64,000 nucleotides of DNA from Alphaproteobacteria bacterium (GCA_965203455.1 CBDBCV010000017.1:8639-72638), one strand, 5' to 3'; shown: positions 1-9,347, counted from the first letter of the stretch. Program-made: numbers and translations. Notes: generated by a model from the sequence alone, not told the origin.

Positions 1-407
1 TTGAGCATCTCGCGAATCGAGCCGAGAAGATCCAAGCGCTCCCTGCGTCCCGCGACATGGGCGACGACGCCGAACGCCAGAAGCGCGAGATCGAACCCCT
101 GTCGAAACGCGCCGACCATCCCGCTCAGATCACCATTCCTGACATCCAGGCGCCCGTTGCCGACAAAATCCTGCAATCGCTCGGTCAGCATGCGGCATGC
201 CGTCGGACAGACATCGTAAGCCACGCCGGTCGCCCCGGTGCGTTCCAGCAGCGGCAGTGTATAGCGTCCGGTGCCCGCGCCGAAATCCATAAAGCGGCCT
301 TCGGCCGGCATCAGGCGAAGGAGTCTTCGAAGCGTACGCCTGTTCGGGGCCGGGTAGCGCCGATCGTAAAGCCCCGAGGAAATATAGGCATCGTAGCTGT
401 CCGACAT
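1..407 (-). CDS. Class I SAM-dependent methyltransferase; the C-terminal end runs off the window edge
   Basis: Manual minus-strand translation gives MSDSYDAYISSGLYDRRYPAPNRRTLRRLLRLMPAEGRFMDFGAGTGRYTLPLLERTGATGVAYD. This carries a glycine-rich DFGAGTG motif (SAM-binding motif I). An in-frame stop lies upstream at 582-584 and the first Met is at 405-407. The gene is not in the ORF track because it lacks a stop inside the window. Confidence 0.65.
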   Translation of the reverse strand, partial: MSDSYDAYISSGLYDRRYPAPNRRTLRRLLRLMPAEGRFMDFGAGTGRYTLPLLERTGATGVAYDVCPTACRMLTERLQDFVGNGRLDVRNGDLSGMVGAFRQGFDLALLAFGVVAHVAGRRERLDLLGSIREML

Positions 408-554
408 GTCCGGCGTCGCGACCTTGGGTACGGGCGCGCGGACGGCCGCGGTATCGCTAATGCCGCAGGGCACGGTGAGGGATTCTCCGTTGGCTCGCCG
501 AAGCAAAAATACATGCGACGCCGCCCCCGCGTGGGCAGCGATATCAAGTCTGGT

Positions 555-600
555 CCATTGTTGACAATTTTGACCCGAGGTTCAAATTGTTAAGTCGACA
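555..600. promoter_or_regulatory. AT-rich divergent intergenic segment with a TTGACA-like hexamer between the methyltransferase (-) and the binding-protein gene (+)
   Basis: ttgacaattttgacccgaggttcaaattgttaag stands out as a local AT-rich island in GC-rich sequence and sits between divergent gene starts. Confidence 0.25.
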
Positions 601-668
601 CGGATTCGCCACCGGGCGGCCGGGCGGCCGGGCGGCCATCGGGCGGAGACCAACGGGAGGGGCCGGGT

Positions 669-1574
669 GTGAAGCTGCAAAACACGATGCGGCTGCGTGC
701 CCTGCCGGCGGCGGCGGCCGTAGCAGGCGCCATGCTGGCGGGGGGCGGTTCGGCGGCGGTCGCCGCGGACAGCGTTCTGGACCGGGTCGCGCGCGACGGC
801 GTGATCCGCGCGGGCACAAGGGCCAACGCGGCTCCTTTCGCCCAGAAAATCGCGTCCGGAGAATTCAAGGGGTTTTCCGTCGACCTGCTGCAAGAGATCC
901 GCGCCGCCGCCGAAAAGGCGGTGAACCGGTCCGTGAGGGTCGAACTCTCCGAGGTTACGCCAAGCGATCGTCTGCAGCGCGTCGCCAAAGGCGAGCTCGA
1001 CATTGTCTGCGGCATCACGACGCCGACATGGGATCGGGAATCGCTGGTGGATTTCTCGCTCCCCTTCTTCCGCGACGGAACGCGCGTAATGATGTACCGC
1101 GGCAAGGCCGGCGAGGTCGTCGATGTCGGACAGTTGAAGATCGGCGTCGTCAAGAACACGACGACCGTGGCCGTTCTCAAGGATCGCCTGCCTGCCGCCA
1201 CCCTCCGCGACTATCCCAACATGGGCGAAGCCATGCGCGGGCTGGAGAAAGGTGAGGTCGACGGCGTCGCCAATGTCGGGGTCGTGCTGTTGGGACTGGC
1301 CGAACGCAGCGAGCCGAGGCGCAGCGTCGTGCTCCTGCCCAGGACCCGCCCGCTGGCGACCGAGAGTCTCGCCTGCGTCCTGCCGCAGAACGACAGCCGT
1401 TGGCGGGATCTGGTCAACCGGACCCTGATCGACATGTTCGCGGAGGTCCGGGAGTTCAACGGCCGTTACGAACAGGTTTACACTCGTTGGTTCGGCCGGG
1501 ACGGGGCGCTCTTTTATCCGCTCGACCGGTCCACGCGCGACTATCTCGCCGACATCTCCATCTGGGCTCGGTAG
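669..1574 (+). CDS. Periplasmic amino-acid ABC transporter substrate-binding protein (family 3 SBP)
   Basis: 301 aa with an N-terminal Ala-rich signal peptide. Typical polar amino-acid SBP motifs are present (GVIRAGT..., DIVCGITT..., GEVDGV). Confidence 0.8.
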   Translation: MKLQNTMRLRALPAAAAVAGAMLAGGGSAAVAADSVLDRVARDGVIRAGTRANAAPFAQKIASGEFKGFSVDLLQEIRAAAEKAVNRSVRVELSEVTPSDRLQRVAKGELDIVCGITTPTWDRESLVDFSLPFFRDGTRVMMYRGKAGEVVDVGQLKIGVVKNTTTVAVLKDRLPAATLRDYPNMGEAMRGLEKGEVDGVANVGVVLLGLAERSEPRRSVVLLPRTRPLATESLACVLPQNDSRWRDLVNRTLIDMFAEVREFNGRYEQVYTRWFGRDGALFYPLDRSTRDYLADISIWAR

Positions 1575-1746
1575 TCGGCGTAGCCGGTCCCGCCGCGCCG
1601 CGATGCGTTAGCGGTTGATCGCGGGCCGTCCGGCGGCTAATAAGTGCTCGGTTCCCGGACTCGCCAATCGATACGGATGTTTCGTCGTCAGGCCGGGTGG
1701 CAGCGTGATCCCCATTGCCAATTCGAACGAAAGGACATGAATTTTC

Positions 1747-3195
1747 ATGTCGCATAACGCAGGACGGATTGAAGACGCGCGGAAGCTGAACGGGACATCG
1801 ACCTTGTCCCACCACGGCGGAACCCGCGCTCGCCGGACGAATTTCATGGCCTTCGTTTCGCCGGTCGCGGCGTTCGTCTTTCTGCTGCTCCTTCCGGAAC
1901 CGGCTCTCGCCGCCGTCGGCGAAGAGACGCAGTTCGTCCTGAACAGTTTCTCCTTTTTGATTTGGGGCGCGCTGGTGATGTGGATGTGCGCCGGTTTCAC
2001 GATGCTGGAATCGGGTTCCGTCCGCACCAAGAACGCGTCCGTGATCTGCCTCAAGAATATCGGCCTGTACTCGATAGCGGGGCTGATGTTCTACCTCGTC
2101 GGCTACAACATCATGTATGTCGGGGTTCCCGAAGGCGGCTGGTTCGGCACGCTCACGCTGTTCTACGGGACGACCGGCGACGAGATGGCGCTGCTCGCCG
2201 GCGGCGACGACGCCGCCAAGGCGGGTGCCGCGGTGGTCAAGAACGGCTACTCCACGATGTCCGACTGGTTCTTCCAGATGGTGTTCGTGGCCACCACCGC
2301 CTCGATCGTTTCCGGCACGCTCGCCGAACGAGTCAAGCTGTGGTCCTTCCTCCTGTTCATCACCGTGCTGACGGCGATCATCTACCCGATCATCGGGTCC
2401 TGGACCTGGGGCGGCGGCTGGCTGAACGCGATGGGCTTCCAGGACTTCGCCGGGTCGACCATCGTGCACTCGACCGGCGGCTGGGCGGCGCTCGCCGGCG
2501 CGCTCGTCGTCGGCGCCCGGAAGGGCAAGTTCCGCCAGGACGGCACCGTCAAGTCGACCCCGCCCTCCAACGTGCCCGCGGTCACGCTCGGCGTGTTCAT
2601 CCTCTGGCTCGGCTGGTTCGGCTTCAACGGCGGTTCGCAGCTGGCGCTCGCCGGCGCGGCCGACGCGGTGGCGCTCAGCAACATCCTCGCCAACACCAAC
2701 CTTGCCGCGGCCGCCGGCGTGATCGCCGCGATGGCGCTGTCCCGGCCGGTGCTGGGCCGCGTCGACCTTCTGGCGAGCCTCAACGGCGCGATCGGCGGGC
2801 TGGTGGCGATCACCGCCGGGCCCGATATCGTCGACCACTACTGGGCAGTGGTGATCGGCGCGGTCGGCGGCGGCATCGTCGTCCTCGGGATGAAGCTGCT
2901 CGACAGGCTCAAGATCGACGATGTGGTCGGGGCGGTTCCGGCGCACCTGTTCGCCGGGATCTGGGGCACGCTCGCGGTGTGCATCGCCGCCGGCGGCGAT
3001 CTCGGTGTGCAGGTCGTCGGCATCCTGGCGATCGGCGCGTTCGTGTTCGTCGCCTCATGGGTGGTATGGTGGGCGATCGATTCGACCATCGGCGCCCGCG
3101 TCACGCCGATAACCGAGGAGTTGGGGCAGGATGTGGCGGAGCTGGGGATCGAGGCCTATCCCGAGTTCGTCGTCGTGCCGGACATGGACGACTGA
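1747..3195 (+). CDS. amtB: Ammonium transporter (Amt family)
   Basis: 482 aa, multi-TM, with Amt signatures (LDVFAGGTVVHINAG-like 'FAGSTIVHSTGGWAALAGALVVGAR'; LGWFGFNGGS). A good AAAGGA ribosome-binding site lies 11 nt before the 1747 ATG. The true start may instead be the internal Met at 1846 (MAFVSPVAAFVFLLLL signal peptide). Confidence 0.9.
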   Translation: MSHNAGRIEDARKLNGTSTLSHHGGTRARRTNFMAFVSPVAAFVFLLLLPEPALAAVGEETQFVLNSFSFLIWGALVMWMCAGFTMLESGSVRTKNASVICLKNIGLYSIAGLMFYLVGYNIMYVGVPEGGWFGTLTLFYGTTGDEMALLAGGDDAAKAGAAVVKNGYSTMSDWFFQMVFVATTASIVSGTLAERVKLWSFLLFITVLTAIIYPIIGSWTWGGGWLNAMGFQDFAGSTIVHSTGGWAALAGALVVGARKGKFRQDGTVKSTPPSNVPAVTLGVFILWLGWFGFNGGSQLALAGAADAVALSNILANTNLAAAAGVIAAMALSRPVLGRVDLLASLNGAIGGLVAITAGPDIVDHYWAVVIGAVGGGIVVLGMKLLDRLKIDDVVGAVPAHLFAGIWGTLAVCIAAGGDLGVQVVGILAIGAFVFVASWVVWWAIDSTIGARVTPITEELGQDVAELGIEAYPEFVVVPDMDD

Positions 3196-3259
3196 CCGGC
3201 GGATCGAAAACGAGCCCGGAATGTGAATTCAGCGGAAGCAGTCGCAGGATACCAAGACG

Positions 3260-3598
3260 ATGGATGTGAACAGCCATAGAGACGAGAACGTCCTCTCCGT
3301 AGAGGTGAAGGGACGGGTCGATGGATCCACCGCCGTCGCGTTCGAGGAGGCGGTCCGGAACGCCGTCGCCGAAACCGATCGCGCGGTGATCATGGATTTC
3401 GGGCAGCTCGAGTACATCAGCAGCGCCGGTCTGCGCGTCGTCCTGCTAACCGCGAAGTCGCTTCAAAGCCAGGACGCCAAGCTGGTGCTCTGCGCTCTCT
3501 CCGATCCGATTCGGGAGGTCTTCAAGATCAGCGGCTTCGACAAGCTCCTGCCGATACACGACACCAGGGACGAAGCGCGGGCCTCTCTGAGCGGCTGA
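3260..3598 (+). CDS. STAS-domain protein (SpoIIAA-like anti-sigma-factor antagonist)
   Basis: 112 aa with a conserved STAS core (...VIMDFGQLEYISSAGLRVVLL...GFDKLLPIHD). It is co-directional and 64 bp downstream of amtB. Confidence 0.7.
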   Translation: MDVNSHRDENVLSVEVKGRVDGSTAVAFEEAVRNAVAETDRAVIMDFGQLEYISSAGLRVVLLTAKSLQSQDAKLVLCALSDPIREVFKISGFDKLLPIHDTRDEARASLSG

Positions 3599-3626
3599 AC
3601 CCGCGCGGAGCCGCCGCCTTCGTTTG

Positions 3627-3644
3627 TCCCCCGCGCGCGGGGGC
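3627..3644. terminator. GC palindrome tcccccgcgcgcggggg after the STAS gene (possible terminator hairpin, no T-tract)
   Basis: A perfect cccccgcg/cgcggggg inverted repeat immediately downstream of the stop at 3598. Confidence 0.2.
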
Positions 3645-3705
3645 CCCTCCCGGCATCGGGATGGCCGCCCCGACGGCGTCGCCGCGCCATCGAAGGGTTA
3701 CGCAA

Positions 3706-4410
3706 ATGGCCGAACGGAAAGTCGCGATCGTCACAGCGGGCGGCCGGGGGATGGGAGGCGCGATCGCCCGGGCCTTGGCGCAGCGGGATTACGCGCTTGT
3801 CCTGATGTCGCCCGGCGGGTCCGCCGAGGCCCTGGCCGATGAGCTCGGCGCCGTCGGCGTCAACGGTTCGGTAACCCGGCCCGACGACATCGAGGCGCTG
3901 GTCGGCGCCGCGATGGACGCCCACGGGCGCATCGACGCCGTGGCCAACAACACCGGGTTCCCGCCCAAGGGTCCGCTGCTCGACATTCCCGACGACGACT
4001 GGCACGCCGGGCTGGACATGGTCCTGATGAACGTGATCCGCATGGCGCGGCTGGTCACGCCGATCATGGTGGAGCAAGGCGGCGGCGCGATCGTCAACAT
4101 CTCCACCTACGCCGCGGTCGAGCCGAGCCCGGCATATCCCGTGTCCGCCACCTTCCGTGCCGGGCTGTCGGCCTTCACAAAGCTCTATGCCGACCGGTAC
4201 GCGCCGGACGGGATTCGCATGAACAATATCCTGCCCGGGTTCATCGATACCCACGGGGTCGACGATGCCGTGGCGAAGGACATTCCGGCACGGCGCTACG
4301 GAACCCCGGAGGAAGTCGGCACAACGGCGGCTTTCCTGCTCTCCGAGGGCGCCGGCTACATCAACGGGCAGAACCTGCGCATCGACGGCGGCCTGACCCG
4401 GTCGGTGTAG
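3706..4410 (+). CDS. SDR family NAD(P)-dependent oxidoreductase
   Basis: Starts MAERKVAIVTAGGRGMGGAIARAL (Rossmann TGxxxGxG). An NNAG motif is present. Y/K catalytic region is not checked. It lies in frame with the 3661 ORF, and 3706 is the likely true start. Confidence 0.8.
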   Translation: MAERKVAIVTAGGRGMGGAIARALAQRDYALVLMSPGGSAEALADELGAVGVNGSVTRPDDIEALVGAAMDAHGRIDAVANNTGFPPKGPLLDIPDDDWHAGLDMVLMNVIRMARLVTPIMVEQGGGAIVNISTYAAVEPSPAYPVSATFRAGLSAFTKLYADRYAPDGIRMNNILPGFIDTHGVDDAVAKDIPARRYGTPEEVGTTAAFLLSEGAGYINGQNLRIDGGLTRSV

Positions 4411-4423
4411 CGCGCGACGCCCC

Positions 4424-5530
4424 TCAGGGGTGCAGCGAGATGCAGATCGCTTCCTCACCGGGTATCTCGCCGCCGACCATTCGAATCGCCCGCTCGGCCT
4501 GTTCCAGCGGCATCTCATGGGTGTGCATCGGCGCAAGGCGTTCGAGGTTCCGCGCCAGCAGGTCGATCCCCGCGCGATACATGTCGGCGCCCTGGGTGAA
4601 CACCGCCTTCAGCGTGATCTCCTTGTAGACCATGCGATCGGTGTCGAGTGTGGCCATGTTGTTGCCGCCCTTGACCCCGGCGACGACGATCGTCCCGCCC
4701 GAGCGCACCACCTCGACCGCATGACCGATGACCCTGGTATCGGTCGGGACCACGTCGACCGCGATGTCGACGCCGCGGCCGCCGGTGATCTCCATGACCC
4801 GGTCGATCGTGTCCTCCTCGTCCGCGACGACGGTGTGGGTGGCGCCGAACTCGCGTGCCAGCCGGAACTTGAACGCGTCGCGTTTCAGCCCGGTGACGAT
4901 GATCTCGGAAACGCCGGCCGCCTTGAGCGCCACCACCGAGGCGAGTCCCCGCTGTCCGCAGCCCATCACCAGGACCGTATCGGAGAAGCCCGCCCCCGGA
5001 ACCGCCACCGCCCAGCGGATACCCGCCGCCAGCGCCTGGTACATCGTCGCCATCTCGTCGGGGACGTTGTCGGGCAGCCTGTGCATCAGCGTGCGCTCGT
5101 GCAGGTGGATGTACTCGCCATAGCCGCCCCAGAGCCCGTGGCCGATCGTGGTCGGCAGGTATCCGTAGGCCGGGGACGCCATCTGGAACATGCCCTTGCA
5201 CAAATGGTGGGCCCCCGACAGGCAGTCGGCGCAGCGCCCGCAGGAGATCACCGGCTGGAGGGCCACGCGGTCGCCGGCCTTGACGCCCCAGCACGCCTCC
5301 GCCTCCGCGCCCAGCTCCTCGATCACGCCGACCGGCTCGTGGCCCGGGATCACCGGGTATTCGGCGAGTCCCTTTTCGGCGAAATGGCCGCGATACTGCT
5401 CGACGTCGCTGCCGCACAGGCCGCACGCCGCGACGCGCAGCAACCCCTCCGAAACGCCCACCCTGGGCACCTCGAACTCCTCCATTTCCAGCCGCCGGGC
5501 GGCGATCTGCACCATCGCGCGAGCCTTCAT
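4424..5530 (-). CDS. Zinc-dependent alcohol dehydrogenase (MDR superfamily)
   Basis: Contains GHEPVG, a CGRCADCLSG structural-zinc motif and a GxGxxG NAD site. The likely start is the internal MKARAMVQIA; the ORF-track N-terminal extension is non-protein-like. Confidence 0.85.
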   Translation of the reverse strand: MKARAMVQIAARRLEMEEFEVPRVGVSEGLLRVAACGLCGSDVEQYRGHFAEKGLAEYPVIPGHEPVGVIEELGAEAEACWGVKAGDRVALQPVISCGRCADCLSGAHHLCKGMFQMASPAYGYLPTTIGHGLWGGYGEYIHLHERTLMHRLPDNVPDEMATMYQALAAGIRWAVAVPGAGFSDTVLVMGCGQRGLASVVALKAAGVSEIIVTGLKRDAFKFRLAREFGATHTVVADEEDTIDRVMEITGGRGVDIAVDVVPTDTRVIGHAVEVVRSGGTIVVAGVKGGNNMATLDTDRMVYKEITLKAVFTQGADMYRAGIDLLARNLERLAPMHTHEMPLEQAERAIRMVGGEIPGEEAICISLHP

Positions 5531-5685
5531 CGGGGCGTTCTCCCTGCCGGTTCCGCGGCGCGCATTGCGAATGGAGGATTGTCGCACCGCCACCCCGCGG
5601 GTCAACCGGGCCGGCGACGGGTTGCCCGCCCGGTCGTTCCGAGTCACCGTGGCCCGGCGCCACAAGCCACGATTTCGGGAGACGA

Positions 5686-6417
5686 TCATGCAGCCCGGCA
5701 AGCCGCCGTTTCGCGCCGATCACATCGGCAGCCTCCTGCGCCCGGCCGAGCTCCAGCGGGCGCTGGAGAGACACGAGCGGGGTGAGATCACCGACCTAGC
5801 CCGGCGCGAGATCGAGGACCGCTGCATCCGCGAGGCGGTGGCGCTCCAGGAAGAGACCGGAATCCCGACCGTCACGGACGGGGAGTTCCGCCGCTACGAG
5901 TTCCACACGCCGATCCTGACCAGGATCGAAGGTGTCGAGCTCACCGGCCGGGTCGAGTTCCACTTCCACTACGAGGACGAGGACATCGAATACGCTCCGC
6001 CGGTGCTCGAGGTGACCGGCCCCCTCGGTCACCCGGAGGGCGGGCTGACGGTCGGGGATTACAAATTCACCCGAGCGCTGACCGACCGCACGGTCAAGGT
6101 CTGCATTCCCTCGCCCACCTACATGTACGCAAGGGGCGGCTGGGCCGGCATCAACAAGGAGTTGTACCCGGACAAGGACGCGCTGATCGCCGGGCTCGCC
6201 GAGGTGTACGACGCCGAGCTTCACGCGCTCTGGGAAGCCGGCTGCGACTTCGTCCAGATCGACGACACCAACTTCGCCCATATGTGCGACCCCAAGTTCC
6301 ACGACCGCTACCGCCGCATCGGCGAGGATCCCGAGACCCTGCCGGCTTTCTACGCGCGGGTGATCAACGCGTGCATCCGCAACCGTCCCGCCGGTCAGCG
6401 CATCGGCCTGCATATGT
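5686..6417 (+). pseudogene. N-terminal fragment (244 aa) of a short cobalamin-independent methionine synthase (MetE) family protein, interrupted by an IS3-family element
   Basis: MQPGKPPFRADHIGSLLRP...IGLHM then TGA. The reading frame resumes exactly at 7759 (MCRGN...), and GLHMCRGN is the conserved MetE-family segment. Confidence 0.8.
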
Positions 6418-6476
6418 GAGGTGGCGTCGCAAAATCGGACAGGTCGTCAAGGTGTATTCCGCCGTGTGACGGAGGA

Positions 6477-6764
6477 ATGCGGATGAGCAAGCGACGCAGG
6501 TTTTCGGGGGAGCTGAAGGCGAAGATAGCCTTGGAGGCGCTACGGGGTGATCGGACGCTTCAGGAGATTGCCTCGAAGCACCAGGTGCATCCGAACCAGG
6601 TGGGTGTGTGGAAGCGCCAGGCGATGGAGGGTCTGGGGGAGGTCTTTTCCGGTGGAGGTGAGCGCCGGGCGCGGGATCACGAGAGCGAGGTCCGGGCTCT
6701 TCACGCCAAGATCGGGGAGTTGATCGTAGAGCGTGATTTTTTGTCACGCGGGTCCGGTCGCTGA
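6477..6764 (+). CDS. IS3-family transposase OrfA (HTH)
   Basis: MSKRRRFSGELKAKIALEALRGDRTLQEIASKHQVHPNQVGVWKRQAMEG is a typical IS3 OrfA. Confidence 0.85.
   Translation: MRMSKRRRFSGELKAKIALEALRGDRTLQEIASKHQVHPNQVGVWKRQAMEGLGEVFSGGGERRARDHESEVRALHAKIGELIVERDFLSRGSGR
6737..6743 (+). other. Candidate programmed -1 ribosomal frameshift heptamer T TTT TTG near the end of orfA
   Basis: An X XXY YYZ heptamer sits in the orfA zero frame (gaT TTT TTG), 20 nt before the orfA stop, and orfB is in the -1 frame. Confidence 0.5.
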
Positions 6765-6784
6765 GCCGGTCCGGGAGACGGGCG

Positions 6785-7831
6785 ATGGTTGTGCGGGGCC
6801 ACCCGTCGTTGAGCCTGACCCGGCAATGCCGTCTGCTGTCGATCGGGCGCTCGTCGCTCTATGACCGGCCGAAGGGGGAGAGCGCGGAGACGCTGGCTCT
6901 GATGCGCCGGATCGACGCGCTGTTCCTCAAGTATCCGTTCTACGGCGCCCGCCAGATGGTTCGGCATCTGCGCCGCGAGGGGGTGCGGATCGGGCGGCGG
7001 CGGGCCGCTCGCCTGATGCGCCTGCTTGGTCTTCAGGCGGTCTATCGGGCGCCGCGGACCAGTGCGCCGCACCTCGGGCACCGGGTTTATCCATATCTGC
7101 TGCGGGGTCTGGCGATCGAGCGGCCGAACCATGTGTGGTGCGCCGACATCACCTACATCCCGGTGCGGCGCGGCTTCCTCTACCTGGTGGCGATCATGGA
7201 CTGGGCGAGCCGCTGCGTCCTGGCCTGGCGGCTGTCGAACACGCTGGACGCGGGGTTCTGTGTCGAGGCTCTCGACGAAGCCCTGGCGCGCCATGGCACC
7301 CCGCAGATCTTCAACACCGACCAGGGCAGCCAGTTCACCGGCTTCGCCTTCACCGCGCGCCTGCGGGAGGCCGGTATCCGCATCTCGATGGACGGCCGCG
7401 GCCGGTGCATGGACAACATCTTCATCGAGCGGCTGTGGCGCTCGCTCAAATACGAGGCGGTCTACCTGCACGAGATCGCCGACGGCTTCGCAGCCCGGCG
7501 CGTCATCGGCCAGTGGATCGGCTTCTACAACACCGAGAGACCGCACTCGGCACTCGGCGGGCGGACGCCGGCCGAGGCCTACCGGGGCGACACGCCTGTG
7601 GATATGATGGACAAGCCGCTTCGCGCCTTGACCACATACCCACAGGCGCAACAGCAGCAGCAGAAAGATCGATCCAAGAGGATTCTGGCGGCACAAACTT
7701 CAACCGGAATACACCTTGAAAACGCCGTCAGCCTGTCCGACAAACCGACGCCACCTCCATGTGCCGCGGCAACGTGCGGGGCGCGTGGGTGGCGGAAGGC
7801 GGCTACGAACCGGTTGCTGACGCCCTCCTGA
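6785..7831 (+). CDS. IS3-family transposase OrfB (integrase/DDE core)
   Basis: Contains HVWCADITYI...DQGSQFTG...IERLWRSLKYE (DDE motifs). The ORF lacks a stop inside the IS and reads about 24 codons into the flanking MetE-like sequence. Confidence 0.8.
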   Translation: MVVRGHPSLSLTRQCRLLSIGRSSLYDRPKGESAETLALMRRIDALFLKYPFYGARQMVRHLRREGVRIGRRRAARLMRLLGLQAVYRAPRTSAPHLGHRVYPYLLRGLAIERPNHVWCADITYIPVRRGFLYLVAIMDWASRCVLAWRLSNTLDAGFCVEALDEALARHGTPQIFNTDQGSQFTGFAFTARLREAGIRISMDGRGRCMDNIFIERLWRSLKYEAVYLHEIADGFAARRVIGQWIGFYNTERPHSALGGRTPAEAYRGDTPVDMMDKPLRALTTYPQAQQQQQKDRSKRILAAQTSTGIHLENAVSLSDKPTPPPCAAATCGARGWRKAATNRLLTPS

Positions 7832-8154
7832 ACGAACTCGAAGTAGACGCCCTGTTCACGGAGTACGATGCGCCGCGCGCCGGCGACTTCACCCCCCTCC
7901 GCCACCTCCAGCGCGACGACAAGCTGGTCGTGCTGGGACTCATTACGACCAAGCACCCGGAACTCGAGCCGAAGGACGCTCTCAAGCGTCGCATCGACGA
8001 GGCCGCCCGCTATGTCCCCATGGACCAGCTCGGGCTGAGCCCCCAATGCGGCTTCGCCAGCATCTACCAGGGCAACCCGATCGCCGAGGCGGACGAAATA
8101 GCGAAGCTCCGCCTCGTCGTGGATGTGGCGCGCGAGGTCTGGGGCGACGATTAG
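7759..8154 (+). pseudogene. C-terminal fragment (131 aa) of the IS-disrupted MetE-family gene
   Basis: MCRGNVRGAWVAEGGYEPVADALLNELEVDALFTEYD...GLSPQCGF continues the 5686-6417 fragment. Confidence 0.8.
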
Positions 8155-8238
8155 CCTGGCTTTCCCGCCGCCTCGCTTGATGGGCGTTTTCCCGCCCCGC
8201 TACACTGGTTGCCTTAGCAGGAAGGCGGGCCGGCCATC

Positions 8239-8536
8239 ATGAACCTCGATGCCTACGGTCTCCCCCTGTCGACGGGTTCGGGAGACGCCGTTGCCGCGTT
8301 CGACCGGGGCGTGAACGGTCTGCTGTCCTGGGACCGCCGGTCGGTGGATTTTTTCCGCGACGCGGCCGCCGATGACGCCGGTCTGGCGGCCGCGCATGCG
8401 GGTCTTGCGGTGGCCCATTTCGTCGAGGAAGCGTTTCCCGAGGCGCGGTCCGCGATGGCGACGGCCCGCGCCAATGCCGCCGGGGGAACGGAGCGCGAGC
8501 GGAGCCTGGTGGCCGCGCTCGACCACTACGTGAACC
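8239..8536 (+). pseudogene. N-terminal fragment of a TPR-like protein gene, interrupted at the left end of an IS66 element
   Basis: MNLDAYGLPLSTGSGDAVAAFDRGVNGLLSW...LDHYVN, followed immediately by the IS66 left inverted repeat GTAAGCG at 8537. Confidence 0.55.
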
Positions 8537-8655
8537 GTAAGCGTCTGGCGTGACCGCCCTTGTGGCGAGACGGCTTGGAGCCGCAGTCTGTGGTGAGGTT
8601 CCAGAGGTCGATAGTGTCCATTATCGGCTAATGGACACTATCTTAGGGGGCTGCG

Positions 8656-9003
8656 GTGCCACGTCGGGTACGCCGGTTCTGGTCGGACGACGAGAAGCGC
8701 CGGATCGTGGCGCAGAGCTACGCTCCCGGTGTCTCGGTGTCGGTTGTGGCGCGCCGCTATGACGTCAACGCCAACCTGATCTTCACCTGGCGGCGCGATC
8801 CCCGTTACAGGCCGGCGGCCGATGCCGGGGAGGCGCCGTCCTTCCTGCCGGTGGAGGTGGTGCCCGATGCGCCGCCGTTGGAGCCGGCCGCGGCATCGGA
8901 CGGTCGGATCGAGATCGCGTTGTCGAACGGCCACCGGGTGAGCGCGTTCGGGTCGTTCGACGCGGACGCGCTGTGCCGGGTGGTGCGGGCGCTTGGCGGA
9001 TGA
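8656..9003 (+). CDS. IS66 accessory protein TnpA (OrfA)
   Basis: [48 protein letters not shown] is the canonical IS66 OrfA. Confidence 0.85.
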   Translation: MPRRVRRFWSDDEKRRIVAQSYAPGVSVSVVARRYDVNANLIFTWRRDPRYRPAADAGEAPSFLPVEVVPDAPPLEPAAASDGRIEIALSNGHRVSAFGSFDADALCRVVRALGG

Positions 9004-9347
9004 TCCCGGTTCCCTCCTCGACCCGGGTATGGCTGGCCTGCGGCGTGACCGACATGCGCAAGGGGTTCCCCGGTCTCGCGGCGCAGGCGGAGCGGGTATT
9101 GAAGGCGGATCCGCATTGCGGCCATCTCTTCATCTACCGCGGCCGCCGGGGCGACCTGATCAAGATGATCTGGTGGGACGGCCAGGGTGCGTGCCTGTTC
9201 TCGAAGCGTCTGGAGCGCGGCCGCTTCGTGTGGCCGTCGGCATCGGAAGGGAAGGTGTCGGTGACGCCGGCGCAGCTGTCGATGCTGCTTGAGGGGATCG
9301 ACTGGCGGGCGCCGGTTCGCACCTGGAGACCGCTGGCCGCGGGCTGA
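9000..9347 (+). CDS. IS66 TnpB (Orf2)
   Basis: [76 protein letters not shown]. The ATG overlaps the tnpA stop (ATGA). Confidence 0.85.
   Translation: MIPVPSSTRVWLACGVTDMRKGFPGLAAQAERVLKADPHCGHLFIYRGRRGDLIKMIWWDGQGACLFSKRLERGRFVWPSASEGKVSVTPAQLSMLLEGIDWRAPVRTWRPLAAG

Larger units (their letters stand above)
6418..7758 (+). mobile_element. IS3-family insertion sequence (about 1.34 kb) with imperfect terminal inverted repeats of about 50 bp and a 3-bp ATG target-site duplication
   Basis: Left inverted repeat is tgaggtggcgtcgcaaaatcggacagg...aaggtgtattccg. The right inverted repeat (reverse complement) is ggaggtggcgtcggtttgtcggacagg...aaggtgtattccg. Flanking ATG lies at 6415-6417 and 7759-7761. 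It carries orfA plus orfB. Confidence 0.85.

Noticed and set aside
57-593. 178-aa plus-strand ORF at the left edge
   Set aside because: The amino-acid sequence is non-protein-like (Arg/Ala-rich, GC-frame artefact). The opposite strand in the same interval encodes a convincing SAM methyltransferase N-terminus (DFGAGTG)..
1747-1845. 33-codon N-terminal extension of amtB before the signal peptide
   Set aside because: Kept as the annotated start because of the good ribosome-binding site. It is flagged because Amt proteins normally begin with the signal peptide at 1846. I could not decide from sequence alone.
1456-2946. 496-aa minus-strand ORF antisense to amtB, plus similar long Arg/Gly/Pro-rich ORFs (for example 9377-11434 minus, 19507-22473 plus, 17123-18079, 20608-22572 N-terminal extension, 37515-40121 upstream part, 52343-52957)
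   Set aside because: Low-complexity R/G/P/A-rich translations typical of alternative frames in high-GC DNA. Each overlaps a well-supported gene on the other strand or frame.
3599-3705. Possible small RNA or riboswitch between the STAS gene and the SDR gene
   Set aside because: Only a GC palindrome is visible. There are no conserved riboswitch motifs I can recognise by eye.
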